From the NCBI GenBank assembly GCA_016875225.1, contig VGRW01000004.1:7111-71110 (forward strand): 64,000 nucleotides of DNA, in the 5' to 3' direction. This document shows positions 51,991-60,410 of the stretch, piece after piece (within the stretch, counting starts at the first letter, position 1; every line of letters begins with the position of its first letter). Below the pieces are notes generated by a model that was given only the letters and a program-made list of their open reading frames with translations, did not search any database and had not been told where the DNA came from. The stretch comes from Deltaproteobacteria bacterium (GTDB lineage Bacteria > Myxococcota_A > UBA9160 > SZUA-336). A program made the translations under genes and the position numbers.

Positions 51991-52761
51991 ATGGCCAGCG
52001 TTCGCTACGAGACCGATGGCCCGGTCGCGATCGTCACGATCGACCGACCGGCCGTCCGAAACTGCGTCGATGGGCCCACCGCCGCGGAGCTTGCCGCCGC
52101 GTTCCTCCGCTTCGACGCCGATGCGTCCTCGAGCGTCGCCGTGCTCACGGGTGAGGGCGGCTGCTTTTGCGCCGGCGCGGATCTGAAGGGCGTCTCCGAG
52201 GGGCGCGGCAATCGGGTCCGCGAGGACGGCGACGGGCCGATGGGCCCGTCGCGAATGCTGCTCGGCAAGCCCGTGATCGCCGCGGTCGAGGGCTTCGCGG
52301 TGGCCGGGGGGCTCGAGCTCGCGCTCTGGTGCGACCTGCGCGTGGCGGCCCGCGACGCGGTCTTCGGCGTCTACTGCCGGCGCTGGGGCGTGCCGCTGAT
52401 CGACGGGGGCACGGTTCGCCTGCCGCGGCTGATCGGCCACTCGCACGCGCTCGACCTGATCCTGACCGGGCGGGGAGTGTCCGGAGACGAGGCGCAAATG
52501 ATGGGCCTGGCCAATCGCCTGGTCGATCCTGGGCGAGCCCTGCCCGAGGCGGTCGGGCTGGCCCGGCAGCTCGCCGCGTTCCCGCAGCGCTGCTTGCGCG
52601 GCGATCGGCTCTCGTCCTATCAGCAGTGGCCGCTCCCACTCGACGATGCGCTGCGCCTCGAGACGCGACTCGGGCTCGAGGTGATCGCCTCGGGCGAGAC
52701 CCTGGAAGGGGCGACGCGCTTCGCGCGCGGCGCCGGTCGCCACGGCTCGTTCGAGAGCTAG
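51991..52761 (+). CDS. enoyl-CoA hydratase/isomerase family protein
   Basis: ATG at 51991, preceded by GAGGAGGA. VAIVTIDRPAVRN, FCAGADLK, PVIAAVEGFAVAGGLELALWCDLRVAA. Confidence 0.9.
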   Translation: MASVRYETDGPVAIVTIDRPAVRNCVDGPTAAELAAAFLRFDADASSSVAVLTGEGGCFCAGADLKGVSEGRGNRVREDGDGPMGPSRMLLGKPVIAAVEGFAVAGGLELALWCDLRVAARDAVFGVYCRRWGVPLIDGGTVRLPRLIGHSHALDLILTGRGVSGDEAQMMGLANRLVDPGRALPEAVGLARQLAAFPQRCLRGDRLSSYQQWPLPLDDALRLETRLGLEVIASGETLEGATRFARGAGRHGSFES

Positions 52762-52783
52762 GAGCTTCGCGGCAAAGCACGGT

Positions 52784-52813
52784 TTGCCGGCGCGCGCTCG
52801 AGTGGTTTACATT
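52784..52813 (+). promoter_or_regulatory. putative sigma70-type promoter of the SCP2-like/ferritin-like trio
   Basis: TTGCCG (52784..52789), 18-nt spacer, TACATT (52808..52813), inside a conspicuous AT-rich patch (GTGGTTTACATTGATTTCAAGATTCC). GGAGG lies 6 nt before the ATG at 52840. A GGCAAA-GCACGG-TTTGCC hairpin sits just upstream. Confidence 0.4.
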
Positions 52814-52839
52814 GATTTCAAGATTCCGCGGAGGCATTC

Positions 52840-53262
52840 ATGACGATCCGATTCCCCTCGCTCGAGTTCTTCCAGGCGCTGCAGCAGCGCACCAAGGAGG
52901 ACAAGGCGGTCTTCGAGAAGCTCGGCACCTGCGACACGAATTTCGGCGTGAAGATCGGCAGCCAGCTGTACACGATCGACTTCGAGGTCTACGAGTGCGT
53001 GGACGTCCGGGAAGGCGGCGACCCGACGCGTCTCGACTTCGTGATCGGCGGTCCCACGGAGGTCTGGGGCGAGATGGTGAAGGCGATCCTCCAGCACGGC
53101 GGCGCCGACGCGAAGCACACCCTGAACACGCTCTCGCACGTCGGTGACGTGCTGCGGATCGAGACGAGCGACGCCGAGGGACACGACAAGTTCTACCGTT
53201 TCATGGCGTCGATCCAGGAGTTCTTCGACCAGGCCCGCCACCTCGACGTCAAGGTCGCCTAG
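52840..53262 (+). CDS. small SCP2-like (sterol-carrier-fold) protein, hypothetical
   Basis: 140 aa. The pattern F.V.I....Y.IDF......V.EG......DFVI.GP..VW.EMV.......L..L...G.LRIE..D resembles SCP2/alkyl-sulfatase C-terminal domains. The assignment is by pattern only. Confidence 0.45.
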   Translation: MTIRFPSLEFFQALQQRTKEDKAVFEKLGTCDTNFGVKIGSQLYTIDFEVYECVDVREGGDPTRLDFVIGGPTEVWGEMVKAILQHGGADAKHTLNTLSHVGDVLRIETSDAEGHDKFYRFMASIQEFFDQARHLDVKVA

Positions 53263-53270
53263 GAGCCCCG

Positions 53271-54353
53271 ATGTCTTACGTCGCCCCCAAGGACTACACG
53301 CAGGATCCAGAGATCGTCGCGAAGATCATGCGCACGATCTCGGGACAGCTCGAGCTCACCTGGATGAAGAACATCGGCGAGCGCGCGGCGTTCCGGCCCA
53401 GCCAGACGGCGCGCGGGCTCACGCTCGACGACATCAACCAGGGCTCGTACTCGCCCGATCACCTGCCCGAGATCGTGCGGCACAACTTCTCGATGGCGCC
53501 GCGCGGGGCGATCCTTCCCGCCGGGCTGCCGTCGCTGGGCTACCGCCTGAACCGCAAGAGCGACGTCTGGGCGGACATCGCGCCGCGGCTCTACGAGGAA
53601 GGGAAGTCGCGCCGCTGGGCGCCGGCGCACGACGTGCCCTGGGACGCGCTCGCCAAGCCCGGCCACTCCGAGGACGTCGCGATCGCGCTGCGGCAGCTCT
53701 CGACGAATCTCACCTCGGTCGGGCTGGTCGCCTGCGACACCGCCGCGTCGTTCGAGTACCGCATGAACCAGGAATTCCACGAGATCAAGTTCCTGATGTG
53801 CGTGCAGATGTACGACGCGGCGCGGATCGCCGAGGCGTTCCGGAAGCGCGCGCTCGCCGGCGACGGCCAGCTCGGCGTCGACTGTGCCGAGCTCGGCGAC
53901 TTCCTGAAGACGATCTTCGTGGCCGACTCCTACGCCGAGGCGTCGGTGTCGATGAACGTGCTGCTGTTCTCGTGGGTGCAGGCGCTCGGACGGCACATCG
54001 AGTACACGGCGACGAACCGGGCGGACACGTTCCTCGGCACGCGGCTCGCGCAGGACGCGAGCCGCTTCATCGCCTACGGCGTGGCGCACATCCGCAACCT
54101 GTTGCGCGTGCGCCCGATCGAGGTGGAGCGGCTCGACAATCACCTCGATCTGGCCGAGAACGCGCTGGTCGGCGCGCTCGGGGCGCCGGCGATGATCGAG
54201 CCGCTGGTGCTGATCTCGGGCGGATTCGAGCCCGTCGTCGGGCTCTACGAGCGAACCGTCGAGGAGTACTTCGGCCGCTGCCTGGCGGCCGGTCTGGGCG
54301 ATCGCAGCGCGCGCAGCCCGCTGCCCGAATTCCTGCGGATGCTCCGCAGCTGA
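53271..54353 (+). CDS. ferritin-like four-helix-bundle protein, metal-ligand-less paralog
   Basis: 360 aa. Clearly paralogous to the next gene: MSYxxPxDx, LNRKSDVW, DVPWxxL, RMNQEFHEIK / RMNNQFHEVK, AEAFRKRAL / AEVFRKRAL. It has DAARI and QDASRF where the paralog has DEARH and QDEARH. Confidence 0.75.
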   Translation: MSYVAPKDYTQDPEIVAKIMRTISGQLELTWMKNIGERAAFRPSQTARGLTLDDINQGSYSPDHLPEIVRHNFSMAPRGAILPAGLPSLGYRLNRKSDVWADIAPRLYEEGKSRRWAPAHDVPWDALAKPGHSEDVAIALRQLSTNLTSVGLVACDTAASFEYRMNQEFHEIKFLMCVQMYDAARIAEAFRKRALAGDGQLGVDCAELGDFLKTIFVADSYAEASVSMNVLLFSWVQALGRHIEYTATNRADTFLGTRLAQDASRFIAYGVAHIRNLLRVRPIEVERLDNHLDLAENALVGALGAPAMIEPLVLISGGFEPVVGLYERTVEEYFGRCLAAGLGDRSARSPLPEFLRMLRS

Positions 54354-54372
54354 TCCGAAGAAGGGGAACCCG

Positions 54373-55524
54373 ATGAGCTACTACGGACCCACCGACTGGC
54401 GCAGCAACTCCGATCTGGCGCTGCGCATGCGCGACATCCGCAAGGGCAACCTCGACCTCGGCTGGATGAAGGCCGGCACCGAGAAGCTGCGCTTCTCGCA
54501 GGAGAACCCCAAGCGCGGCTTCACCTACCTGGACGTGAACAAGGGCAGCTACGGCTACGACGATCTGCCCGAGGTTCCGCGCGGTCCGCGGGGCGCGGCG
54601 CCGCGCGGCGCGACCTACGACGTGAAGCACCAGGCCGACCTCGAGCCGGAGCTGAACCGCAAGTCGGACGTCTGGGCCTACAAGGTCGCGTCGTTCACGG
54701 AGGAGGCGGTCTCGCGCCAGTGGGACGCCACCACCGACGTTCCCTGGACCGACCTCGACAAGTACGAGCGAAGCGAGGAGCTCGAGGTCGCCTACGCGCA
54801 GCTCTGCACGTTCTTCACCGAGGTCGAGATGATCGCGACCGACCTGCCGGCGAAGTGGCTCTGGCGCATGAACAACCAGTTCCACGAGGTGAAGCACTTC
54901 ATCGCCACGCAGGCGATCGACGAGGCGCGACACGCCGAGGTGTTCCGCAAGCGCGCGCTGGTCGGCGGAGTCGGCCTGATGGAGGCGCTGCCGCAGGCCG
55001 AGCACTCGCTGAAGGCGATCCTCGACGGCGACACCTACGGCGACGCGTCGGCGTTCATGCACCTGCTGGCCGAGGGCAACATCCTGACTATGTTCCGCTT
55101 CAGCGAGTTCATCTCGCCCACGCCCGTCGACAAGCGCATCTTCCAGCTCGTGATGCAGGACGAGGCGCGCCACGTCTCGTACGGGATGCAGCACCTGAAG
55201 TGGACCATCGACCACACACCCGAGCGCAAGGAGCAGCTGCACAGCGCGCTCGACGAGGGCGAGTCGATCACGATCAACCAGTTCGACGCCGCGCTCACCG
55301 AGTGCATGATCGTGCTCGCGGGAAAGGGCACCAAGCCGGAGCAGATCGCCGAGGGCGTGAAGATCGTTGGCCAGCTGCAGGTGAAGCAGATGCAGGAGTA
55401 CTTCCACCGCCTGCGCCGCGCCGGCTTCGAGGACCGCATCGCGCGCTCGAAGTTCACGCCGATGCTGAGCCAGCTCGGGCTGACGCCGGAGTTCACCGCG
55501 AAGGCGGCCGCCGAGGTCAGCTGA
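54373..55524 (+). CDS. ferritin-like diiron-carboxylate protein (candidate oxygenase subunit)
   Basis: 383 aa. Complete E...ExxH x2 ligand pattern: TEVE (E150/E152), DEARH (E184, H187), LAEG (E234), QDEARH (E264, H267). Confidence 0.8.
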   Translation: MSYYGPTDWRSNSDLALRMRDIRKGNLDLGWMKAGTEKLRFSQENPKRGFTYLDVNKGSYGYDDLPEVPRGPRGAAPRGATYDVKHQADLEPELNRKSDVWAYKVASFTEEAVSRQWDATTDVPWTDLDKYERSEELEVAYAQLCTFFTEVEMIATDLPAKWLWRMNNQFHEVKHFIATQAIDEARHAEVFRKRALVGGVGLMEALPQAEHSLKAILDGDTYGDASAFMHLLAEGNILTMFRFSEFISPTPVDKRIFQLVMQDEARHVSYGMQHLKWTIDHTPERKEQLHSALDEGESITINQFDAALTECMIVLAGKGTKPEQIAEGVKIVGQLQVKQMQEYFHRLRRAGFEDRIARSKFTPMLSQLGLTPEFTAKAAAEVS

Positions 55525-56365
55525 GCGCGGAGAGTCCTCCGTCGACGACGAGCGACTGGCCGGTGACGTAGCTCGCCTCGCCGGAGAGCAGGAAGATCGT
55601 CGCGAACGCGACCTCCCAGCCGGTGCCCTGCCGGCCGAGCGGCACGGGCGTTCGCGCGCGCGATGGCCGCCCGCGCGTCGCGTTGCGGCCGAGCGGCGTG
55701 TCGATCAGCCCAGGGAGCACCAGGTTCGCGCGCACCGCGCGGCGCGCGCCCTCGAAGGCGACGTGGCGCATCAGCCCCGCGAGCCCCGCCTTCGACGAAT
55801 CGTAGGACGGAAGCTGCGAGCCGGGGCCGAGCGCCGCGACCGAGCTGATGAAGACGAGCGACGCGCCGGGCGCGAGCCGGGGCAGGGCCTCGCGCGCGAT
55901 CAGGAAGTGCGCGCGCAGGTTCACCGCGAAGGTGCGATCCCAGGCCGCCGCGTCGGTGCCGGCGAGCCTCGCTCCCGCGGCGATGCCGACGTTCAGGACC
56001 ACCCCGTCGAGGCCGCCGAGCGCCCGCTCGGCCTCCGCGACGATCCGCGCGCAGGCGTCGGGGTCGCTCACGTCGCCGACGACCACGCAGCCGCGGCCGC
56101 CTTCCTTCTCGATCTGCGCGAGCGTGTCGCGAGCCGAGCTCTCGTCGCGGTCGGCGCAGGCGACCGCCGCGCCCTCGCGCGCGGCGAGAAGCGCGATCGC
56201 GCGGCCGTTCCCGATCGGAGCGTCGGGCTCGGGGCTGGGCTGTGTGCCCGCGCCCACGACCAGAATCCTCCGCCCCGAAAGCCGCCCGCGACCCGGCGCC
56301 ATTCCGGCCGCCTCGGTCGGAATCGGCCCCACGATCCGATCTTCCCTGCGCGTTTGATCCGACAT
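55517..56365 (-). CDS. SDR-family oxidoreductase
   Basis: ATG at 56365 (MSDQTRRED...), in frame with the 55517..56542 ORF. VVGAG...IGNGRA (interrupted Gly motif), NVGI, YDSSKAG (YxxxK), PGLIDTP. Confidence 0.85.
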   Translation of the reverse strand: MSDQTRREDRIVGPIPTEAAGMAPGRGRLSGRRILVVGAGTQPSPEPDAPIGNGRAIALLAAREGAAVACADRDESSARDTLAQIEKEGGRGCVVVGDVSDPDACARIVAEAERALGGLDGVVLNVGIAAGARLAGTDAAAWDRTFAVNLRAHFLIAREALPRLAPGASLVFISSVAALGPGSQLPSYDSSKAGLAGLMRHVAFEGARRAVRANLVLPGLIDTPLGRNATRGRPSRARTPVPLGRQGTGWEVAFATIFLLSGEASYVTGQSLVVDGGLSALS

Positions 56366-56403
56366 GTCGCCATCATACCGATCGGATCGACTAGGATCGT
56401 GGC

Positions 56404-57045
56404 ATGGGGCCAGCCGACTTCGACCTCGCTTCGGTGGATCTGGTCCTGCGCACGACGCGCTCGGTGCGGCGCAAGCTCGACTACACCCGGCCGGTCGCGC
56501 CCGAGCTGATCGAGGAGTGCATCGAGATCGCGACGCAGGCACCGACCGGGCGGAACGCCCAGGCCTGGCGCTTCCTGGTCGTGACCGAGCCCGAGGCGAA
56601 GCGATGGCTCGGCGAACTGTACCGGCGCGCGTTCGAGCACTACGCGGCGCTTCGCGAGGCGGATCCGGACGCCGAGCCGATCAAGGCGACGCATCGGCTC
56701 CTCGCGGACCGCCTGCACGAGATGCCCGCGCTGATCCTGGTCTGCATCGAGGGCCGCCCGGAGCCGCTCTCGGTCGCGCAGCAGGTCGCGTTCTACGGCT
56801 CCGTGCTCCCCGCCGCGTGGTCGCTGATGCTCGCGCTTCGCGCGCGCGGCCTCGGCTCGACCTGGACCACGCTGCACCTGCTGCACGAGGACGAGGCGGC
56901 GCGCGCGCTGGGAATTCCCGAGGGCGTGACGCAGACGATCCTGCTCCCGGTCGGCTACACGCGCGACGCGGTGCTGCGTCCCGCCGCGCGCCGTGGTCCA
57001 CGCGAGGTCACCTATTGGAATCGCTGGGGAGAGAGACGGTCATGA
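56404..57045 (+). CDS. nitroreductase-family protein
   Basis: RSVRRKLDYTRPVAPELIEECIEIATQAPTGRNAQAWRFLVV is the classic nitroreductase N-terminus. Confidence 0.8.
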   Translation: MGPADFDLASVDLVLRTTRSVRRKLDYTRPVAPELIEECIEIATQAPTGRNAQAWRFLVVTEPEAKRWLGELYRRAFEHYAALREADPDAEPIKATHRLLADRLHEMPALILVCIEGRPEPLSVAQQVAFYGSVLPAAWSLMLALRARGLGSTWTTLHLLHEDEAARALGIPEGVTQTILLPVGYTRDAVLRPAARRGPREVTYWNRWGERRS

Positions 57046-57656
57046 AGGAACGGCGACTCTACGCGCGGAGCTTCGTCTTCGCGCTGCTCGCGCTCGCGCT
57101 GGCCTCGGGCTGCGGCACGCTCAAGCGCCTGGCCTACGAGGCTCCGGGTCGCGACGCGGCGCAGCAGCCGGATCGCGTGGTCGCGGCGCTGGCATTGCCG
57201 CCGGGAGCGCTCGTCGCGGATCTCGGCGCCGGCGGGGGCTACTTCACGTTCCGGCTCGCGAACGCGGTCGGGCCCGACGGGCGCGTCTACGCCGTCGACA
57301 TCGATCCGGACATGCTCGGCTACCTGCGCGACCGGGTGCGCGCGGAGAAGCGCGAGAACGTCGAGGTGATCGAGGCCGCAAGCGACGATCCCCGCCTGCC
57401 CGAGAGCGGCGTCGACCTGATCTTCCTCTGCAACACCTACCACCACCTCTCGGATCGGGTCGCCTACTTCAGCGCGCTGCACGACCGGCTGCGACACCGC
57501 GGGCGAATCGCGATCGTCGAGTACCGCTCGGGCCGGCACGGCACGCCCATGCACGTGATTCGCGAGGAGCTGCGCGAGGCGGGCTATCGGCTCGCCGACG
57601 AGCACGACTTCCTCGCGGACCAGACCTTCCAGATCTTCGTCCCGTCGCTCGACTAG
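57042..57656 (+). CDS. class I SAM-dependent methyltransferase with lipoprotein-type signal
   Basis: ATG at 57042 (ATGA overlap). Lipobox LASGC. VADLGAGGGYFT (motif I), DLIFLCNTYHHL. Confidence 0.75.
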   Translation: MKERRLYARSFVFALLALALASGCGTLKRLAYEAPGRDAAQQPDRVVAALALPPGALVADLGAGGGYFTFRLANAVGPDGRVYAVDIDPDMLGYLRDRVRAEKRENVEVIEAASDDPRLPESGVDLIFLCNTYHHLSDRVAYFSALHDRLRHRGRIAIVEYRSGRHGTPMHVIREELREAGYRLADEHDFLADQTFQIFVPSLD

Positions 57657-57659
57657 GCT

Positions 57660-58451
57660 TCAGGCCGTTCCGGTGACCAGGAACTGCGGCAGGATCAGCA
57701 GGAACGTTCCGTCGGAGAGGGACTTCTTCAGGTCCGCGGCGAGCGCCTCGAGCGTCGCCTTCGGCAGCCGTCCGGAGGCGCGCGCGTACGACATCATGTT
57801 GAAGACGATCGGCGCGGTGAAGCCCTTGGTGTCGGCGCTGGCGACGATCTTCACCTTCACGTCGGAGAAGCCCGCGCCGCGCATCGCGCCCCAGAGCTTG
57901 CGGCCGATCAGCGGGGTCTTGTAGGCGGGCTTCGCGGCCTCGAAGAGCTCGGCGATCCGCTCCGCGCCGATCGGCTCCACCGCGAGCAGGCCCCAGTCGC
58001 TGTCGATCACGTGCGCGAGCCCTCCCGGCGTAAGCACGCGGCGGAACTCCGCGAGCGTCGCGGCGACGTCGGGCACGTACTCCATCACGTTCTTGCACAC
58101 CAGCCGGTCGGCGATTCGCGCTTCGAGCGGGATGCGATCGCCGTCGGTCCGGTGCAGCTCGATCAGCGCCTCGACGCCGTCGCGCTTCGCTCGTTCGCGC
58201 GCTCGCTCCAGGAACAGCGCGTTCAGGTCCACGCCGTGCACGCGGCCGTTCGGCGCGACGCGCCGCGCCAGCTCGACCGCGAGTCCGCCGGGCCCGCAGC
58301 CGTAGTCGATCACCGTCTGTCCGGGCGCGAGCTCGGCCGGCTCGAGCAAGGGCGCGCTCTGCGGCCGCCATTCGAACATCTGCTCGTACGCGTCGATCCG
58401 CTCCGGCTCGATCTCGACCCAGTGGTCCTTGTAGTAGGTCTCGCGGTTCAT
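57660..58451 (-). CDS. class I SAM-dependent methyltransferase
   Basis: VIDYGCGPGGLA (motif I), RVHGVDL, DRLVCKNVMEYV, LTPGG. Confidence 0.8.
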   Translation of the reverse strand: MNRETYYKDHWVEIEPERIDAYEQMFEWRPQSAPLLEPAELAPGQTVIDYGCGPGGLAVELARRVAPNGRVHGVDLNALFLERARERAKRDGVEALIELHRTDGDRIPLEARIADRLVCKNVMEYVPDVAATLAEFRRVLTPGGLAHVIDSDWGLLAVEPIGAERIAELFEAAKPAYKTPLIGRKLWGAMRGAGFSDVKVKIVASADTKGFTAPIVFNMMSYARASGRLPKATLEALAADLKKSLSDGTFLLILPQFLVTGTA

Positions 58452-58475
58452 GGCCGGATTCTACGCGCCGCGCGC

Positions 58476-59906
58476 TCAGATCGCGTGGCGGCGCGCCCAG
58501 CGACCCGAGAGCAGCCAGCCGATCATCGCGCTCGCGTTCACCAGCGCGTAGACCAGGTTCGCGATCCACATCCCCGTTGCGCCCAGGTCGGTGCGCGTGG
58601 CGAGAAGCCAGCCGAGCGGGGCTCCGACGAGGACGGCCGTCGAGACGGAGATCAGCATCGGCGAGAGCATGTCGCCCGCGGCCTGAAGCGTGCGGAACGC
58701 CACGAAGTACAGGCCGTAGAAGGCGAGGATCCCGGAGGAGTAGACGAGATACTCCTCGGCCATCCGGGCCACCTCGGCGTCGTCGACGAAGAGCGCGACG
58801 AGCGCGTGGCGGAACAGGAACACGCCGAGCGCGAGCGGCCAGAGCGCCGCGAGCTCGACGAGGGCGCTGGCCCAGATCGCGCCCCAGGCGCGCGAGAGGC
58901 GCCGCGCGCCCAGGTTCTGGCCGACCAGCGTCGCGCAGGCGTTCGCGATCGGGAAGGCGAGCATGATCGCGAGCATCTCGAGCCGCAGCCCGACGGTGTA
59001 GGCCGCCTGCACCTTCCCGCCGAGGCGGCCCGCCATGATCATGAAGAACATCACCATCAGCGAGCGCGCGAGCATGTGCGCGGCCGGCATCAGGCTGGTG
59101 GTCAGGATCCGCGCCAGCGTGGGCAGGTCCGGCACGACGTGACGGGCGCGCAGGTGCACGCGGCAGCGGCCGCTAAAGAGCATGTAGAGCGAGACCGCCG
59201 CGCCGCAGGCCCCGCCGATCGCCGAGCCGGCCGGGATTCCCGCGATCCCGATCGCCGGCAGTCCGGCGTGCCCGAACGTGAGCGCCCACTGCGAGAAGAT
59301 CGAGACCGGCGTCACGATGAACGACGTGAGCATCGGCGTGGTCGCGTCGCCGGCGCCGTTCAGCACGGTCGAGAAGATCTGTCCCGAGATCATCACGAAG
59401 AAGCTCAGGAACACGATCCGCACGTAGACCGTGGCGAGCGCGATCACGTCGGGGTCGCTCGCGATCAGGCGCACGAGCGCCTCGGGAAACAGCCCGCCGG
59501 TCAGCGCCGCGACCAGCGCCAGGCCCGCGCCGAGCACGAAGCTCTGGCCCGCGACGTGCTCCGCGCCCTCGACCTGTCCGGAGCCGACGAGCCGCGAGAT
59601 CATCATCTGCGAGGCGACCGTCATGCCCATCACGAAGAGCATCAGGCCCTGGCGCAGCACCTGGTCGCTCGATCCCGCGGCCGCGAGCGCGTGCTCGCCG
59701 AGCCGCCCGAGGAAGGAGAGCTCGACCAGCTGGAAGACGCCGAACGAGAAGGTCGTGGTCAGGATCGACGGCAGTGCGAGCACGAGCACGGAGACGAGCA
59801 GGCTGCCGCGCGTGTGGTCGCGGTCGCGGAAGAACGCGATCAGCGACGGGCGGGCGAGCTTCGCGTCCGACCCGACCTCGACCTCGAGCTCGCCGATCTC
59901 CCGCAC
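58476..59906 (-). CDS. MATE-family efflux transporter
   Basis: 476 aa with a GTG start. About 12 hydrophobic segments in two halves, and a MatE-like N-terminus (LALPSILTTTFSFGVFQLVELSFLGRLGEHALAA). Confidence 0.8.
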   Translation of the reverse strand: MREIGELEVEVGSDAKLARPSLIAFFRDRDHTRGSLLVSVLVLALPSILTTTFSFGVFQLVELSFLGRLGEHALAAAGSSDQVLRQGLMLFVMGMTVASQMMISRLVGSGQVEGAEHVAGQSFVLGAGLALVAALTGGLFPEALVRLIASDPDVIALATVYVRIVFLSFFVMISGQIFSTVLNGAGDATTPMLTSFIVTPVSIFSQWALTFGHAGLPAIGIAGIPAGSAIGGACGAAVSLYMLFSGRCRVHLRARHVVPDLPTLARILTTSLMPAAHMLARSLMVMFFMIMAGRLGGKVQAAYTVGLRLEMLAIMLAFPIANACATLVGQNLGARRLSRAWGAIWASALVELAALWPLALGVFLFRHALVALFVDDAEVARMAEEYLVYSSGILAFYGLYFVAFRTLQAAGDMLSPMLISVSTAVLVGAPLGWLLATRTDLGATGMWIANLVYALVNASAMIGWLLSGRWARRHAI

Positions 59907-59966
59907 CCGTGCAGCCTACCACGCTGCGCCGGGCGGACTCCCGGGCCGCGGGGCTATGCTCGGGCG

Positions 59967-60356
59967 ATGACGGCGATGCGATTCGGGTGGGTGTGTCTCG
60001 CGGGCGGGCTCGGCTCGGGCCTGCGCTATCTGATCGGAAGCCTCGTCGCGGAGCGCATTCCGGTCCCGTTTCCGATCGGGACGCTGGCGGTGAACCTGCT
60101 CGGCTCCGCGCTGCTCGCGGCGCTGGTGTGCGCGTCGCTCGAGACCGACGCGGTCTCGCCCGAGCTGCGCATCGCGCTGGGCGCTGGATTTCTCGGCGGC
60201 TTCACGACCTACTCCGCGTTCAGCGTCGAGACGCTCGCCCTGCTGCAGGAGGGCGCGTGGGGGCTGGCTTCGGGATACGCCGCGGTCACGGTCTTCGGCT
60301 GTCTCGCGGCGTGTCTCTTGGGGCAGAGCGCCGCGCGCTGGCTCGTGGGCGGCTGA
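59967..60356 (+). CDS. crcB: fluoride channel CrcB/FluC
   Basis: ATG at 59967, in frame with the 58011..60356 ORF. GGLGSGLRYL, FPIGTLAVNLLGS, GFLGGFTTYSAFS. Confidence 0.85.
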   Translation: MTAMRFGWVCLAGGLGSGLRYLIGSLVAERIPVPFPIGTLAVNLLGSALLAALVCASLETDAVSPELRIALGAGFLGGFTTYSAFSVETLALLQEGAWGLASGYAAVTVFGCLAACLLGQSAARWLVGG

Positions 60357-60410
60357 CCCGCAGCGATTCGCTGCCTACTTCCGAGCGCGCCGCGAAGGCA
60401 AGCTCGGCGC

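Noticed and set aside
59907-59966. Fluoride (crcB-motif) riboswitch upstream of crcB
   Set aside because: The 60-nt region is too short. I could not find the conserved pseudoknot-forming segments of the crcB motif as I remember them. An Infernal scan would settle this.
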